Of a DNA stretch of 64,000 nt, positions 59,322 to 64,000 are shown one piece after another. The first letter of the stretch is position 1; each line of letters starts with the position of its first letter. The notes under the pieces are model-generated. The model did no database searches. It was not told the origin of the DNA and saw only the letters and a list, made by a program, of their open reading frames with translations. Origin of the DNA: Lama guanicoe (lineage: Eukaryota); the NCBI GenBank assembly GCA_013239625.1, contig MU057069.1:678018-742017 (forward strand). Direction: 5' to 3'. Both the position numbers and the translations under genes were made by a program.

Positions 59322-61869
59322 GTTAAGCAAAATATAAAAAAGCAAAAACAATTACTGGTTCATAGAAGGGCATGTGTCAAAACAGGCCCGACACAGCCCC
59401 TACAGAAAAAAAAAAGAAGGTTTTGATGATGCGTTGCCAAGAAGGGGTGGGGTGTTTGTTTTCTTTGGTTTATGACAAAGAAGACCCACTCTGACCATCT
59501 TCCGTCCACGGCTGCCCTCCTAGTGCAGACCTAGCGCTGTGTGTGCCGCCCTGGGTTCCTCTGGAGACTCCACTCTAGTCACGAGGGCTCACTTCTAGTG
59601 GTGGGGTAATTGCCAGCGATGGGAAATGGAGATTTCCTCCTCTCCCCACTGCGGTGAGAATTGCTGATCTGATGACTTCACCTAACGCAAGAGGAAGTGA
59701 GCCTTCTGTCCCGACCACAGGGCCCCCAGCCACCTGCCCCTTGGGGACCCAGCCTGGCTGCCCAGCCTCTTAGGGAGAAGGCTCATGGAGCCAAAGGAAC
59801 AGAGAAGCAGAACCCACGGGTGACGGGAACCAAGCCCGTGCACATGGTCTGGAGCAGAAAAGCAGAGCTCAGCACAGCAGAGGGAAAGCCTGAGATCCGG
59901 GGCGAGGTCAGCAGCCCCGCACGACTGGTGTTGGCAGGAGGGGCACTGGGGGCCAGCTGTCCCCCACTGGGAATCCACAGGAACCTGATTTCAGGAGCCC
60001 CCAGGAGTCCAGGTGATCGATCCAGGGACCATTACATCCATTGAGTTCCCACAGGATGGGACGCAAATATTCACCAGAGGCCCGATTTATTGATTTAGGA
60101 GGAAAAGTTCAACTGTCGAAAAGCAAACCAGAAAGAGCATTTGACAAAATCCAACGCTCATTCCTGTTGAAACCTCTCAGCAGCATAAGCCACAGGGCTA
60201 CCCTCTTCACACAGGGACGACAGCCTGTGTTTCACAGTAACTGAAAGTGGAACAGAACCTTTGAAAGTTGCGAATAGCTGCATCGTACCCCTGTAACTTA
60301 CGTAATGTTGGACGTTGAATATACTCTCATTAAAGAGAAAGCCCCACAGCAAAGTCGGAAGAGAAGGAAATGTCCCTCAACTGGAACGTTTGTCCAAACC
60401 CACGGAACGTACACCACCAGGAGGGAATCCGCGTGTACACTGGGGACTCCGGGTGGTGACGACGTGTCCATGGAGGCTCATCAGTCGTGACAAACGTTCC
60501 CATCTGCTGGGGATGTTGCTGGTGGGGAAACTGCATGCGGGGGGGCCAGGGGAATGTGGGAAATCTGCTTTCTGCCCGGTTCTGTAGTTGAGATAGCATT
60601 GATGTAGAGCATTGTGTAAGTTTAACAGGCACAACATATTGACTTGAAGTATTTATATTGTAGTATGATTGCATGAGCTGACACCTCGGTTACATCACAT
60701 AATCATTATTTCTTCCGGTGGTGAGAGCAACGTTCTGCTCAGTTTTGCTGAGATGATGTTCTTCTGTTAAAAACCTTACAAACGCCTCTCATCTGACCCC
60801 GGGGCGAAGTCCACGTCCTTATAAGGACCTGGGGGACCCTTCATCTCCAACCACAGCCCCCAGGTCCACTCAGCCCCTGCCTCACTGAGTTCCAGGCAAG
60901 CTCCCGCCTCAGAGCGTGTGCACCTGGGACTCCTCCACCTGGAGTGCTCCCCCCCTCACTGTCTGTGTGGATCACGGCCCTTTTTTACTCTTCCCAGGTT
61001 CTCAGCCCCTTTCTGATTGGCTTTCTTAAGAGATGCTTGACGTTAAGGACTTACTGACCTGGAGTCATATTTTTTTCCCTCTACAACATCGTGCATAAAC
61101 TTTGGTGTGAGCCATAGTGCTGATTTAGAACTTTGACTCCCAGAGCCAACCCTCCGTCCTTGCAGCACCTCCTCCAGTAACTCGTCTGTTACCTCCACCT
61201 CCACCATGGCAGCCCCAGTGCCAACGCAGCCAATGGGGCTGGAGGAACGATGGAGACATCACGAAACAGAGGTGCCTCATTTAATCCATTATCCTGGAAG
61301 AATGAAAGAGCAATTTTTAAAAGAGTTTTATTTTTGTACCTCGGGAAAAGCTAAATTTCAGATAGATTAAAAATTAAATGTGAAACAAAAAAAGAATTTC
61401 CCAGCTAACACAGGAAATCTGGACGCTAGGGAGGGATAAAACAGAAACACATGTCTGAAAATTACGAATGTGTCCTGGGGGATGCCATAAACTAAGCCAA
61501 AGGGTAAACTACGGGTTTGGGAAAACACTATTTTCAAAACAAATGACAGTGCGTGTGCTATGTAGTTCCATAAAGATCTCCGACACATTCCAAATATTAA
61601 AATGGAAAATCACAAAAGAGCAGATGCAAATGGCCTACAAACATATGAAAACCTGTGTCGGCTCCTTAGCTTCCAGGGAAAAGCCTATTAAAGAAAATGA
61701 AACATCATTTTATTGCCAGTAGACTGGGAAAACGGGAGGTCGAAGTGGGAATGGCGGCAGCATATTAGGAAAGCAACCTGGGAAAATTCGTTATGTTTAA
61801 AAACCCTTATACTCTTAGAGCAAGCAGTCCCACTCCTGGGATCTATTCCAAGAAATAAAGGCGCCCGTA

Positions 61870-62000
61870 GGGAGGAGGAGGTAGTTCCGGTGGTAGAGCG
61901 TGTGCTTAGCACGCACAAGGTCCTGGGTTCAATTCCCAGGACCTCCTCCAAATATAAATAAACCTAATTACTGCCCCCCAAAAAACACCATTTAAAAAAA
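61870..62000 (+). mobile_element. tRNA-Ala-derived SINE (Vic-1-like)
   Basis: gtggtagagcgtgtgcttagcacgcacaaggtcctgggttcaattccc...aaacctaattac. Confidence 0.85.
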
Positions 62001-62116
62001 TTCACCTATAGGTAAAGAATTAATGTGATATAGCAGAGTTCACAGTGGCTAATACACACACACACATCAGGAAACAGTGAATGTCCAACGACAGAGAATG
62101 AATATATCTGGTTAAC

Positions 62117-62212
62117 GCAGTGGTGGAGCACGTGCATGCGGTTCTGGGCTCAATCCCCAGTACCTCCATGAAAAGTAAAAATAAATAAGCATAATTACCG
62201 CCCACAAAAAAA
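62117..62212 (+). mobile_element. 5'-truncated, internally deleted Vic-1-like SINE
   Basis: cagtggtggagc...ctgggctcaatccccagtacctcc plus tail; flanked by GGTTAAC direct repeats (62110-62116, 62213-62219). Confidence 0.75.
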
Positions 62213-64000
62213 GGTTAACTAGATTTGCCCCAATTAATTGCAGGAAAGCATGTATCATACGATCCACACGTATAGGATAATACCATTTCTACTCTTTGAA
62301 AATCTACATCAGTGAATACACAAATAAACTTTAGAACAGACACACTACCAATATTCCTCTTGTTTTCTATAATTGGAAATAAATTGAGCAAGAGACTACG
62401 AGTACGCCAAGACTGGTTATCCTTTGATTTTCAATTTTTTCTGCAATAATTTGCTACAGCTTTTATTATAAGTAGATATAATACTGTAAACAAGATCAGG
62501 GAAGGTTTCCTAATACCGCCCACCGCCTTTCATGAGCTGCTTCGCTGTCCCCACCTCCATCCTCCTTTGTGCTGTCTCTCCTGTCTCAGCCTCCTGCAGG
62601 TCCCCCCACGGCTCCCACACCTCTCTTCAGTCCAGGTATTAACCAAGTGGCTGGTCCTCCACCAGTGACACCAGCAAGACAGCAATCAATTACTGAAACA
62701 ATTTTCATCCTTGAGGGGCTTCTGAGGTCAGGGGCCAGCTCTTTCTTGTATTCAGAGTGATGTTAAAAATATTTAACAATATTTAATACAAATAATATTG
62801 TATATTAATACACAAATAATTTTAATCATTCTTTTGATTCTCTGAGTAAACTAAACAGCATAAACCATAAAGCTTCTTACCAATGTATATAAGATGCAGC
62901 ATACATTACTTATTAAATTACTTTAATTCCTGAATAATTTGTTAATATGTTGAAATTGTTGCACAATCATTTCTCCGATGTGGCTGTCACTAATGAGGGC
63001 TCTGTTGGAAGCATGATGTAACAATAAGGAACAATAGCAAATTCTTTTTTAAGGCTTCTCTACGAAATTTAAAGTCATAAAGTGTTTCAGTATTCTTAAA
63101 TTCAGAATAACTTCAGTATTCTTAATAAATACTGAATGTCTCTTAATATTATCTAGGTTGTCCATGGCTCTGAATCCTTTCTTCATCCTTATAATAATCT
63201 CAGTTGAATATATTCAACATCTTTATTATTAAGTGTATATAAAATAATTCATTGGTACATCTTGTTTAATTAGTTAGCATAATTTTAGCTCCTCTTCAGT
63301 CCATGAGGCTAAAACGTCACTTAGATGAATTTCAGAATTTAATAAATGGAAAGGTTTAGAAGTTTACTATAATGTTCACTTTTGTCGTTAAATAATAAAT
63401 CCATTATCATATAATTAAATAATCTAAAAGTCTCTCAGAATTGGTTCTTTGTTTTATTTCTGGAGGCATACCATACCTCTTCAGTTCTCTTTCGTCTACT
63501 CATTTTTCATAGTTTCGTTTACTTAGTTTTCTGTGTTCGGTCACTTTTATCATTTGCTTAATTAATCTGACAGTTCTCAAATTTTGTCTCAAGAGACCCC
63601 TAACAGATTTACTGTATTAAAAATTAAAACTAAGAAATTCAAAATATGTTTATTCTGATTTTATTTAAAGATAACAGTAAGCCCATTATAGTTAATAAAA
63701 ATAACATATTATTAAGAAAAATAACTGTATTTTCAAAAACAAGTTTAGAAAACTGGCTTTTGCACCATCAAAGCCAGCAAGTGATACAATAAAAAAGGCA
63801 GTTCATATCTTTGTGTTTTTATGGCAATGGTTTTGACCTCACCCGGACCTCTGAAAGCATTTCAGAAACCTTTCAGGAGACCACTTTTGAGGACCACTGA
63901 ATTGATCTACCAGCTTCAACAATATCTTTAAAAAGTGAAGTGTTGACTTTTCTATTATAACACATAATAGATAATATATAATATCATTTATTCAATCCAA

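Noticed and set aside
53400-64000. Expected neighbouring gene (ULK2 lies downstream of AKAP10 in human and mouse)
   Set aside because: No CpG island or kinase-like exon is recognisable in this interval; the ORFs here are low-complexity, GC-rich or repeat-derived.

Overview
Mammalian genomic DNA, most likely camelid (inferred from tRNA-Ala-derived Vic-1-like SINEs), in a draft assembly with five N-gaps. The window holds one complete protein-coding gene on the + strand, AKAP10 (D-AKAP2). It has a CpG-island promoter (~7.3-8.4 kb), 15 coding exons (8067..51634) all with GT-AG introns, a spliced CDS of 1986 nt (661 aa) and a ~1.7 kb 3'UTR. Upstream lies an intronless, disabled retrocopy of RCSD1 (CapZIP) with a poly(A) tail and target-site duplication. 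The rest is mostly L1, L2, MIR, LTR, DNA-transposon and SINE remnants, including a young 5'-truncated sense L1 in intron 7. Most notable: (1) the C-terminal PDZ ligand reads -SAGL instead of human -STKL, inside a CpG/GC-shifted exon 14 that looks like a GC-biased gene conversion patch; (2) a strong-context uORF precedes a weak first AUG and a better second AUG; (3) a ~200-bp local duplication brackets the in-frame-skippable exon 2. I found no evidence of a wholly new gene system. Human comparisons are from memory and need alignment; repeat family names and boundaries are approximate.
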